DNA from: Auanema rhodensis
Lineage: Eukaryota; Animalia; Nematoda
Assembly: GCA_964057225.1 (NCBI GenBank)
Contig: OZ059897.1
Span: forward strand, 8,556,001-8,620,000
Length of the DNA stretch: 64,000 bases
Direction: 5' to 3'
The position numbers were made by a program, and so were the translations under genes. The notes beneath the pieces were generated by a model that saw nothing but the letters and a program-made list of their open reading frames with translations, made no database searches and was not told where the DNA came from. This document shows, piece after piece, positions 1 to 12,022 of the stretch (the first letter of the stretch is position 1; each line of letters begins with the position of its first letter).

Positions 1-1380
1 CAACAACTGCGTTGAGAAGTTGTTAAGCATAAAATGGACGTCTGCCCAAAATGTCTTGAAAAATAATGAAGAAAGACACTGAGCCATGTAAAGCTAAGTT
101 ATCTCGCTCGAGTTATGAACTTGGACATTCTTGTTGTTGTAGAAAATGCTTATCCAGTCGATGTGATTTCGAAAAAAAAAGAAGGAAAAATGTAAGGATG
201 AGCAGAGATTGGATATAGAATAACATAAAGTTATAAATAAATAAATACTATGTATATCTCGTATATATATATATATTATATATTATATATATATATATAT
301 ATAAATAATATAAAAAAAGAAATATATAGATAGATATATGTATATTTACATTATATATTATACATACATGCATATGTAGATATGTGAAGAAAGAAATTAG
401 CAATCAGATGGATGAATGTGATAATAATCAATATTTTGCAGTTTGGCTTTTATTTTTATTTTTCAAATATGATAAAGCATAAGCTTGTCCTTTAGAAATC
501 AAATAAAAATACAGTTAGTCCAACAAAAAAAAGAAAAAAAGAAGAAACGATAGATAATTACTATATGAATATTGTAAAATATGCGTCGTCAATGAAATAT
601 ATAGTATTTGTGTAATATAATACACATTTATATACATATGTATATTAACTATATTATGAAAATTGGTACGATCTAATCATTATAATAAAATATTTTAAAA
701 AAAAAATTTTTTTTAATTTTTAAAAATACCTTAGAGAGACGAAATGCAGTGAACACCGAGTTGAGATTGAGGGTGCATAAGCTTTGAGACAGAAAAATAT
801 GTTGCAAACCAGCCAAGAACATAATGATCTTTATTCAATATTGCGATGTTTGAAGCATTGAGATTGAAAATGAAGCATGTAGTCATGCCCATGTTAGCTT
901 ATTACACGTGTGGCGTGGTCATCTATTATTGGCTTGCGTAATTCAAAAAATTAGAATGCGTGGATATGCTAATGAGCAAGAAGAAGCTTCTTATAGTATG
1001 ATTACAGTCTATATAAAGGTTAACAATGCATATATAGTATATATATAATGCTATATATATAGAGAGAAAAATAAAAATTTCATGAATATCTCTATAACAT
1101 ATAGAAAATGCTACGTCATAAATCCCCCTAGTTCGCACAGCTTGAAGTCAGTACATGCATCATGTAGATATATCATCTTTCAATGACGTCATAAACAACA
1201 GTCTATGAAACATATTTTCTTATAAACTATTAGACATATTATAAATTAAAATTAAACAAAAGTATTGATATATTAACATTACTAACTATATTAACTATAA
1301 TATGAAGTAGAAGAAATGTATATAAATGTATATGAATCGTCGATATATACATATACATATGAAAGTTATCACATAAAAAT

Positions 1381-1414
<34 letters not shown>

Positions 1415-1821
1415 AAGATATATATATATGTCAAGAAAAATGAATGTAAATACAAAATAATACAAAAATTATAAAGATTTTCAAAATATTTATATACATA
1501 TATTATCTAGACTAGTTAATACATATACATATAGTATGTATATTATAAGAATGATCATTTCTTTGCTTCAGATTATAAATAAAAAATAAAACGAAAACGA
1601 CTTCTCATGAATAAGATGCTGTCGATGAATACTCTTTTGATAATTAAGGAAGAAAATAATAGGGCATATTACATAATGATATAGTTAAGATAGGTATACT
1701 GTTGCAAATTAACATCTCAATATTTCAAGAAATACATTTAAAAAATATTGCAGAGCAGTCATACAGAGCAATATAATGAATGTTTGAAATAGAAAAAAAT
1801 GAAAAGAATTTGTTAAGAGAG

Positions 1822-1827
<6 letters not shown>

Positions 1828-1873
<46 letters not shown>
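1828..1873. repeat. (AG)n microsatellite
   Basis: Pure GA dinucleotide run read directly; it explains the ERERER/SLSLSL ORFs. Confidence 0.95.
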
Positions 1874-1877
<4 letters not shown>

Positions 1878-4800
1878 AGAGGGAGAGGTAGAGAAAAAAA
1901 ACAAAATAGCTCTACCAAGTTGTTATAATTTCACTAAATACTCTGAAGTTTCAAACAAAAGCTTAAAGATGTATTAGTCGTGAGAAAGTAGAGAGTAGGA
2001 TGGAATAACTCCAGCGAGACATCACGATTCGAAAATTTGAAAAATATAACTAAAACATGAGGTAACAGGTGAGGTTTGCTCGATGCTTGCAAAGATGATG
2101 ATGGATTATATCATGTAATAAATATAATAATTAGTATAATATCATATAATAATAATAATAATAATACTATCATGTAATAGTAATAATAAGATTATTAGTT
2201 AATAAATTTTAAAATTGAACGTTTAAAGCGTAAAGAATGAAAAAACCAAAAGGCTCAATTTCTAATTGATTGTAGAAAAAAAAATAAAAAGAATTATATG
2301 ATTTATAATTAAATATAATATGTATATACATATAATAATATAGATAAATCAATAAAATTTGTAAACTACATATATACATATATAGTTTGAACATTGGAAG
2401 ACAAATAATGCAAAAAGATGAAGAAAAATAATAATATCTTAATATATGATTGGAAAAAAAAAAGAATTTAGGCTAAGCATACTATACTATGTTTATATAT
2501 ATATTTTTTTTTTAAATAAACAATAATATATACATATATGTATATTATGTACATGTATGTATAAGGAGAGTAGTGGGTAGGCGGGTACATCCATACTATG
2601 TATGTATTTGAAACAAAAACAAAAGAATAAATAGAAATATAGAAATTAATTTGTTGGTCATTAGTTGTTGATATAAATATTCAAGTTATAAATATTATAT
2701 TATATAAATTTTGATTAAAATAATTTAAAAAGAAAAAATAAAATAAAATTTATATCAACGATTTTTGAACTTACAAATTATTTTGTATTATTTATTAAAT
2801 AAAATAAAAAAATATAAATATACAAATGAAACTTACATATACTTGTAATAATAATATTTAAACTATATGAAATAAAAGATAATTTTCATGAGAACAACCG
2901 CATTATAGTGAAACTGAAATGAAAAATGAAAATTTTGGAATAAAACGAATATTAATGTTAAGATATAGAGCAATAAAGAAGAAATTTTACGACAAACTAC
3001 TTTTTTTTTCTTTTTCTTTTTTTTTGTTTAGAACATAGTTATGTTTTTAATTAATTTTGAAAAAAAATATTTTTTAACTGTAACAATGAGATATTTAAAT
3101 GAATTTTCAAATGAAAATGTGATGAAGAAGAAATAAAATAAATGAAAATATAATTGAATCTAAATGTTGTTAAAATGGAAAATATTTGCACTTTATATGA
3201 AAAAAATAATTTTTAAAAAACTTGTCCATTACTTTTCAATAGTCATCTTCTTCCTAGTTTAAACGAAGGCTACTTATCTATCTCTCTATTCTTCTGTTAA
3301 ATCAAAATTTTCGGAATCTGCAAACATCTTCAAATTGTTAGTTGTAAACTAATTTCTGTTATTATATGTGTATGTTTTAAAGGTCTTCATAGTTCAAATT
3401 TCAACATTTATTTAATATTTCTAATTAAATAACTAAAATAATAAAAAATAATAATAATTTCTTTATATTTTTAAATATAAAAAATATATTTGCTTATTCT
3501 ATAATGTAATATACACTCTCAACTCTGTAGAGAGTGTACCGTTAAACGTATGATGATATACATGTTTAAAGAATTCAAATGATTCCAAAAAAAAAGAGGA
3601 ATTGCTCAATATTATTCACACAAATTCTTCCACTAATCGTGATATTTAACAGTTTTGAAATACTATTTTTGAATTGATGATAAGTATTGAAACTGAAATA
3701 CAATGAATGATCATTCAAATGAAATAGTTGGATGTATATGTGTGTGTGTGTGTGGGTCTGCAGGTAAGAAATCTGATTTGCATAGCTGATGTCGTCGTAA
3801 TGACAAAATAGTTTCGAAAATAGAATATTAGAGTGATATAATCGTAAGTTCTTTGTAACATTTTACATTTTGTTGTAGTATAATAATTATAATAATAATA
3901 ATATTATATAGACATAGATATGTTAACTATTCTATTTCAAACTACATATAGTATACAGTGTGTATGTCATAGAGAAAAGTTTTATATACTATACATCATA
4001 TGTATATGTATTTCTGGTTTAACGACAGTTTTCTAAGATTATGTTTTTGTTTTTATTGTTAATTTAAATATAATAATATTATTATATATTAATATATATA
4101 TTATATATAATATTTACACATAGTATATTATGTATTAAAGTATATTTTAATCAATAAAATCTCCTTTTTTTTTAATGAAAAATGTTTCAAAATAAGAATA
4201 ACAGTCATAATTTATAAAAATAAAATTGAAATTGTTAAAACTTGTTGGTTAGATTTAAAAAAGTACAGATTGAATGAAGCACACAAATGTATTCCAACAT
4301 GTGTAGTAGAATCAATTATTCGAATTTCTTTAAATATATAGTAATATAATAAATTAAATATAAAAATAAAGAAAATATATCTATATCTATATATATATCT
4401 GGATTTTCAAATAATATATTAACCATAATTTATATTTTCCTGCATAGTTAGTTACAGGTTTATGATTATTGAACAGGATTATTCTCAATTTCAGCAAATA
4501 TGTTAACAGTAAAGAATTGGAATAACTTGAAGCTTATGAAGATGAGGAAATACTATAAGCTTGAATGATAGTTCTGATTAGATGAGATATGAAATTATAA
4601 TAAATATCATAAAGAAGTTAGAAAGTTTGTTTAACAGATATCAGTAACATGCTTACATACATCTTAATCACATTATAATTTATATTTTATCTTAACTTCA
4701 ATCTTTAATTATATTAAACTTCATAAAACTAAGAATATCTATTGCAAATAAGAGATTTAAGGTTTTTTCTGTTGTATTTGATAACATAATCGGATCATGC

Positions 4801-5046
4801 TCTTTGAACAAGCCTTAGCAAAAAAGTTTTTTTTGAATAATTTAATAACTTTTTTTCATTTTTTTTTTGAAAAAAAGATATAATATGTATATTATGGTAA
4901 TAATAGCTGTAACCATATTATATTAAGAATAAATTGAATGTTTTTCATTATATAGGAATAAGAGAATAAAATCATTAATTTAAAACTTTATTATATAAAT
5001 ATCTTTTTGCAACTGTATATATCATTATTCTTAACTTTATTCCCTT

Positions 5047-5142
5047 CCCTCTCTCTCTCTCACTCCCTCTCTCTCTCTCACTCCCTCTCTCTCACTCCTT
5101 CTCTCACTCCCTCTCTCTCTCTTTTTCTCTCTCTCTCTCTCT
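5047..5142. repeat. Interrupted (CT)n microsatellite
   Basis: CT runs with repeated CACTCC interruptions. Confidence 0.9.
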
Positions 5143-6929
5143 ATCAAATTATAGTTTAACCTTTCTCTTTTTGTTCTTTCCATCACCATTAAAGAAAAGC
5201 ATTTTGTCTCTTTCTTCGTTTTCTTTTTCATTTGATAGTAAAGGTCAATTGGAACTTCCGGTCCTGACGGAACGAACAAATGATAAAATTGGCAAAAAAA
5301 GTGATTTCCACATCATGTGCAGAAATTATATGTAATCGTTGACCTTTTTTCTCGAATATCATCAATCATATCAATCTAAGCAAACATATTTTTTCATAAA
5401 AATCTACGAATATTAATTTAAATAATCTCATAGTTACGAATAAGTTGTCATCAAACTAATTAGTTATAATTTGAAAAAAATAGAACAAAAATCAAAAAAT
5501 AACTATATATGTATAGTTAAATGAATTATTTGTAGTTTAAATGTTACTTTTTACGAATAGAATGATCTTCACTTATTCTTTTTAAGTTAAATTAACTATA
5601 CATATAAGTTTTAAATTTAATTTTACAAATACTCTGAATATTTTTGTTTTACTAGCATTTAAAAGAAAACAAAAAAAGTGAACCAATTGAATTTTTAAGA
5701 CCATTTAGGGAAAAAGGAAGACCAGTAAGAAGATACAGAGAGGGGGAATCAAAACTAAAGATCTTCTATGCTTAGATATACGAAAAATTGCTGTTTAGTA
5801 CTGTTGAAGTTAAGTTTTTTTTGTTGTCTGAATCAATTTTTTTGCTAATATTCTGTGATAGAATTATTTGAACAGAAGATGAAAGCATATGGGAACTATT
5901 CGCTTTGTCTCGTAAAAAACTCTTATTTATTAAAAATATTTTTTTGAAAAAGGAGGGCTAAATTGCCAATTGTTTTAACACTCAACACATAAAATATTTG
6001 TCGTTTGATGAGCTTTTTTTTTCAAATTCTCTGACGAAATTGATAGAATAAATACTGAATTTGGAGTATTTTCAATCGAAATAAGTCACTGGACAGCCAT
6101 CATTCAGAAAATGTACCTTAACTAAAATATATTTTCATCAAAAAAAAAAGGATTTGGGATTGATATCGGGGAGACAAAAGAAATTTCAATGGTTTCAGTT
6201 ATTTATGGTCAAGTATAGAGCAGAAATACTTTTAGTCGCCCTGGTCAGCTACCAACACACACACACATCCAATTTGCTCCTCAATTTTTCCACCTGACAG
6301 GTTTCCCTTATCTAACAACTCTCTTTTCATATTTCCGTCTCCAACATTTTTTTTTACTTCCCAAGAATGAAAGAAAAATAATTTTGGTCCAAATTAACTT
6401 AATAAAGAGATATTTTGAAGTAAAAAACACATCAGAAACGTACTCAATGTTTTGTTGAGTGAAGAAGAGGAAAAGAAGGCAGGCAGGGTGGGTGAGGGGT
6501 AACGAGAAAAACTAATAAGCTATTCTATTATTGTTATTCAAGAAAACTAATATCTAAAAATGCATGTGAAAAAAAATAAAGAGCATTTTCTTTATTTTGT
6601 TTTAAAACAAATAAATCGAATTAAAAAAACTAAAGCTTATGCTGCATAATGTTGGTGACAATATGATGTCATCTGATTTTACTAGTGACCCCCAATCTCA
6701 TAATCCTTTCCTTCTTTTACTTCTTCTCATTCAAGTAATGTCATGGTCGTGATCTAGACAACAACAAATATTTTTCATGAATATTCACTTTATCCAACTT
6801 AAAACATTTTATTTGAATGATAGTTTATGGGAATTGAAGTCACCTTACTTTTTTGCAAAGACCCTATAGATGAAAAGGAGAAAGGGAGTAGTTGAAGGAT
6901 AAGAGATATGGTGAGAAAGTGGTAATGAG

Positions 6930-6941
6930 GAGAGAGAGAGA

Positions 6942-6983
<42 letters not shown>
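6930..6983. repeat. (AG)n microsatellite
   Basis: AG run read directly. Confidence 0.95.
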
Positions 6984-6987
<4 letters not shown>

Positions 6988-7659
6988 TATCACAATCTAG
7001 TTATCTAAATCTATTTATGTATATTTAAGCAATTAACAATATAATTTATAAAAAAATAAGATTTTTATTGAAGTAATATATCAATCTATGTAAATATTCA
7101 CATTTTTAATTATATGCATATAAATTAATTTATATTTATACTGTGTATACATCTATACATAGTTCAATAAGATATAATTGAAAGTATACATATCCTTTAA
7201 CAATAAAAAGAGAAAACTGCAGAAATAAAAAAAAAATTTAAGATCAAAACTAAGGTTACGTAACGAGATTTGTGGAAATTGTATAATTGAAACCGATTAT
7301 GTCTTATTGAATATGTAAAAAGCACCAAAAGTATTAAATGTCAGAGAAAATAAACAAAATTCAATTGATTTATGAATTGTGAAAGATTTAAATATTTTTT
7401 TAAACAAAAAAAAAATAAAAAAAAAGGTAATTATAATATTTTTGTTTATACATATACACATGTATGTTATAAGCAATCAGATATGTTGTTAATGATGCTC
7501 TAATACTGATAGAAACTTCTTTTATTTTATTTTTTTCAAGAAAAGCAGACAAAACGTAGAAAATGGAAACGTTTTTCTGCCCAATTTGCATCAGTTTTGC
7601 TCATTTTTTTTCTGGTTTTCCGTCATTTACAACGGATTGTTAGTAATTGATCTAAAAAT

Positions 7660-8290
7660 ATGAAATGAACGGAAAGAAAATCGAAAAAACTTTGTGGACA
7701 AAGTTTGATGCGGATCCTGTTGTATTGGGAGCAGAGTTCGCAAATTATGGATACTTGACAAACTATGTGAATCGGAGGAAGAGCAAGATTCAGAATAGCC
7801 AATAGCTCAAGCTGTGTCCTTAGGCCATCAGGCTTCCAAACAATCACACGATGAAAAAGGAAACGATAAAGATGAAGAAGGTTGAAGAAGAAAGCGAAAA
7901 TGGACGGAGCTTTTTGCTGTTTCCTTTTTACGCATCTGATGACAATTGGTTTGCCATGTGCAGCACGAAAAGATCTTGAAGCATGCACACGTCAGACAAA
8001 GTTGCTGAACCGAGATGTTGCAATAAACGTTCACATCATGAGATATTCCACATCATCTCAGCTATTGCTACTCGTATTCTTGGAAACTATTGGTTATGAA
8101 GGACGACAACAGGTTCATATTTGCAAAGCATAGGATATTCAAGAGCAATACGTATCCGAATATGTTGCTGCTACGAAAAGAGCATTTTCAGTGCGTTCAA
8201 AGTTTTAAAAGCAAACAATTTGACATAAAAATCGCTGATACAAATGAGACAATGAATGAAATTCAAAGTTTTAATTCGAAATGATGATGA
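7660..8290 (+). pseudogene. Intronless decayed coding-like island (possible transposase or retrogene relic)
   Basis: GC and complexity well above the flanks. Protein-like segments in shifting frames are broken by stops (LCESEEEQDSE*, PCAARKDLEACTRQTKLLNRDVAINVH, QLLLLVFLET). No terminal repeats found. Confidence 0.3.
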
Positions 8291-11200
8291 TACTGAAGAA
8301 GCTTAAGTTACAATATATCACTCATGCATAGCTATGAAAGATTGTGATCTAGCCTAAAGAGTCGAAGTATAAATAGAAGATAAATATAATATATACTATA
8401 TATATATACTTGAACGTTTAATAAAAAATCTGAAATAGAAAAATCAAAGTCTGGCAAAGTTACGAATGAGGTCTATATAAGATGGGATGGACACCTAAGC
8501 TCAGAAAACGAGAAGCCAACATCGAACGCGAGAGAGCAAAATCGAAAACTGGAAAACAAGCTTAGCTTCCATTTAAAAGTATCACTTATAGTTATAAGAA
8601 TATGTTTGGTAGGATCTTCTATTCTACGATACTACATGAATTTAATGTTCGTACGTGCCAGCCATTGTTGTTCTCATTCTGATCCAGAGGTATCGCTGAC
8701 GTCAACCTCATCTGCTATTTCTCTCCTTCTCTAAACGACCTCCGAATAGTTTAGAGACCAAACATTGATGTAGACAATTGAAAAGAAAGCATCAGAATCA
8801 AGTAACTTGATTTCAGTTATTCTCATAATTTGTAAATTTTTCTTTATAGATCTTAGAGACAAACTCAAATAATTGGCGTTCAATGAAAAAAAAGAAGAAT
8901 CATGTAATACAAGAAAATTTTGAAAGGAGAATAAAACCAATGAGGCTTAAGTGTGTCAGGAGACTTGTTGGGATTGGGTGACAACTCAAAGATGTCTCTT
9001 ATCTGTCCTCTTTTCTTTTTGGTTAGTTTCCAATCGAATGTCCGTGCTGGTACATATACCGACAGAATTCTAAAGAAAAATGACTAAATTCGTGCCGGGA
9101 CTTGTTTGAAAATTCATGAATTTCTGTGCTATTTTTCGCCGATCCCTATAACATCCAGAATAATTATTTAAGCTGCTAAACATTACACGCTTTGTATGAC
9201 AGAAGCCTTAGTTAGTGAGATTAAAGACATCATCACAAGTAGAAATCAAAAATGACTATTATAAGGTGATAAAATAGCAATAAATGTATATGTAAGTAGG
9301 CATTGTTCTATATCAAATGACAAATTGAGGGAGGGGGAGGAGAAGCTTCAGGCACATGTGATCGTCCTCAGATGTCAGGAAACTCATCTTTAGGGAAAAA
9401 TCAGATGCAGTTTCGTAAGGCAACAACAGATGTAGAAAAGCTAAACTTGTTCTTTGATTCATAAATATCGTTCTTATGGAAGTTTAAGCGATATACATAC
9501 ATGTATGTATGTATATACAGAAAACAGCAGAAACGGGAGCATTCTGGAGAACTCATGTTAGAATTGAGTACAAACAAGAGCGATGCGAGTTAGACTTTAC
9601 TATGCGAAGAAGTGTTGAGTGGAAGTAGTATGGCCGTGGAGAAGAGATGTCATCGTCTGAACTAAAAAGGATTTCGTTCACTAAGCTAAAGTAGAATGTC
9701 AGCCATGTAAGGTCGTCTTTCTAGACAACAAAACGATCTTCATGATAACAGGCAACGAAATCCGGGCGCAGCTGTGAAAACAAATTTGTCTTTAACCTCC
9801 TGTCCTCGAGGGGCACATAGAAAATGGACAAACGAGAAAAGAAGAGCAGAAAGAAGCGGAAACCATAAAATGTTCATATTCTACCCTCTATAAAGCATTC
9901 AAACTGTCAAAGAGTATGAAATTATGTGAAGATGGTCATAAATAATGTTGTAGTTTGTCAGAAAAATGCTGCTTACCAAAAATGAAGTTGTAATTTGAAC
10001 AAAAACATTTTTGTAAGCAGATAGGTCGTCAGTAGTAAGAAGTCACACTCAAGGTAGAAGCATTACTTCGGCAAAACTCATCGCAAAAAGAAATTAAGAA
10101 TTAAGAATCTTAAGAATATTAAAAGATAAAAACAAAATAAACGCCTTCCAACAGAAATATGAGTGAAAAACTGATTTAGAGCAGTATTTCAGCCAAGTTG
10201 CTTAACTTGTGCAAGAAAAAAACAATAAATATGTGCAAAGAGCATTCAATGCACCCTGTGAAACTTCAGCTTTTCCAGTTAATTCTTTAGTTCATTTTTC
10301 AATAAAAAAATAAAATAATAGAGAATTGCAGATGAAGATGGATAGAATAACGAAAAACGGAAATTCATGAAATACATACACATCCGGCACAAAAGCAGAA
10401 TCATATATCTAAATAAGGCAAAATACAAGAAAACACTTGTTGAGCAGCGTTCCTTTTCTTCCAGCAAAATGTTGAAATGAAAATGCCAAGACAACTAGTA
10501 AAACTGCTGTCGAGACTATGAAAACTGAAGAAAACATACATCCTAACACACACACACACACACATGCTTCCAATACACTCAACTTTTGGTATTTTCATTT
10601 CAGTTTCCCTTTTTTGTGACTTTGCTTTGATATTTCATAGAATTCTGATAATAATATATGTGCTATATACGCTTAGATTAGAAAAATATCTCACCCAACA
10701 TCTGAATATGTGGACATTGATTAGAAATATCAGTCACATATGGAATGTACATGTGAATGTGTGTAAGTGGTCAAAATAATAAAAAATTTTGAAAAGTGAT
10801 AGGAAAAAGCGAAAATTCTGCTACAAACTCACATAAAGAGAGAAGATGTCTGGGGTCTGGTTAAGAGCTATATAAGAATGAGAAAAAGAGAAAAAAAGAG
10901 AGAGAGAAAGAGAAAGAGTCAAGGGGGGGGGGGTTGGGTAAACGTTAGAGAGGTAAGAGCCAATTCGTCTTGCTGCTTTGTACTAGACTAAGAATTGCAA
11001 AAAAAAACAATAGACTTATAAGGCATCTATACATTCAAGAACATATATCTATCCAAAATTCAGAAAGTTTCAAGATTTATGACAGAATGACGACATTCTC
11101 GAGAAACTGAGGAAACAAGATGTAATTCTATTTGACTTTACACTTTTCAATGTTTTTCAAATCAGAGAGTTTTCACGTTATTTTTGGATTCTCAGAAAAA

Positions 11201-12022
11201 TTACTCAAGAATTGTCAAAATATGTTAGAAGTATTATATATACTTATGTGATTTGAATGAAAATTTTGAGGAATTGATTCAAATCATTCACTCCTAATCG
11301 TTCAATCTGTTGAGTAAAACTTATACTGTGAAACTAATAATTCGAATCATCTACGAAAAGGAAAAAGAATCAAAGTGACAAAGTGACAAAGACGTTTAAA
11401 AGGGGATGATGGATGCGTCTGAATTTCCTTCTAGATGCTCAGCGGAAATGAGAATCTAAAGACTTCACGTTCACAGTCCTTGTAAGCTGAATTCCGTTTC
11501 AATGTCAGATAACTAAAAGTGCTCACCGTTGTTCTTTCAAAAAAACAACAAGAAAATTAAAACTGAAAGAACTTTAAGAAAACTTGAAATTGTAATGATT
11601 GACGCCAATTTACATAACTAAATAAGGAGCATCTTGTAAACACTTTCAACCTTGAAACATTGTGTGTGAAATACGTGAATAGAATTCAATTTTAATAATA
11701 TATAACTTATGAAAAATCGAGGGTAGTATAGAAGTTTATCAATCAATATCTGGTAATTGAATATTATAGTTATTATAATTGGCAAATTCTTTATTTGAAA
11801 TAATAATTTCTTTAAATTATAATATTTTTCAATATAAATTTGAAATGTAAATTGTAAAGTGAAAAGGTGATGATGACAAAATTCAAAACAATTATCAATA
11901 TTTAGCTAAAAGTATTCAAATCTAAGAAAATTTAACAATTCAACAACACATTCATCAATTTTTCAAACCTTTCATCAAAACAAAAGAGAAAAATTTATGA
12001 AAAATAGATATCTATTAAGTTC

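Noticed and set aside
1709-1977. ORFs made of ER/SL repeats (also 5037-5279, 6799-6993, 61329-61614)
   Set aside because: Translations of AG/CT microsatellites.
8002-8030. LLNRDVAINV, resembling the TnpB/Fanzor RDxNAAxNI motif
   Set aside because: Lacks the NA(A) core, the zinc-finger cysteine pairs and the other RuvC motifs.
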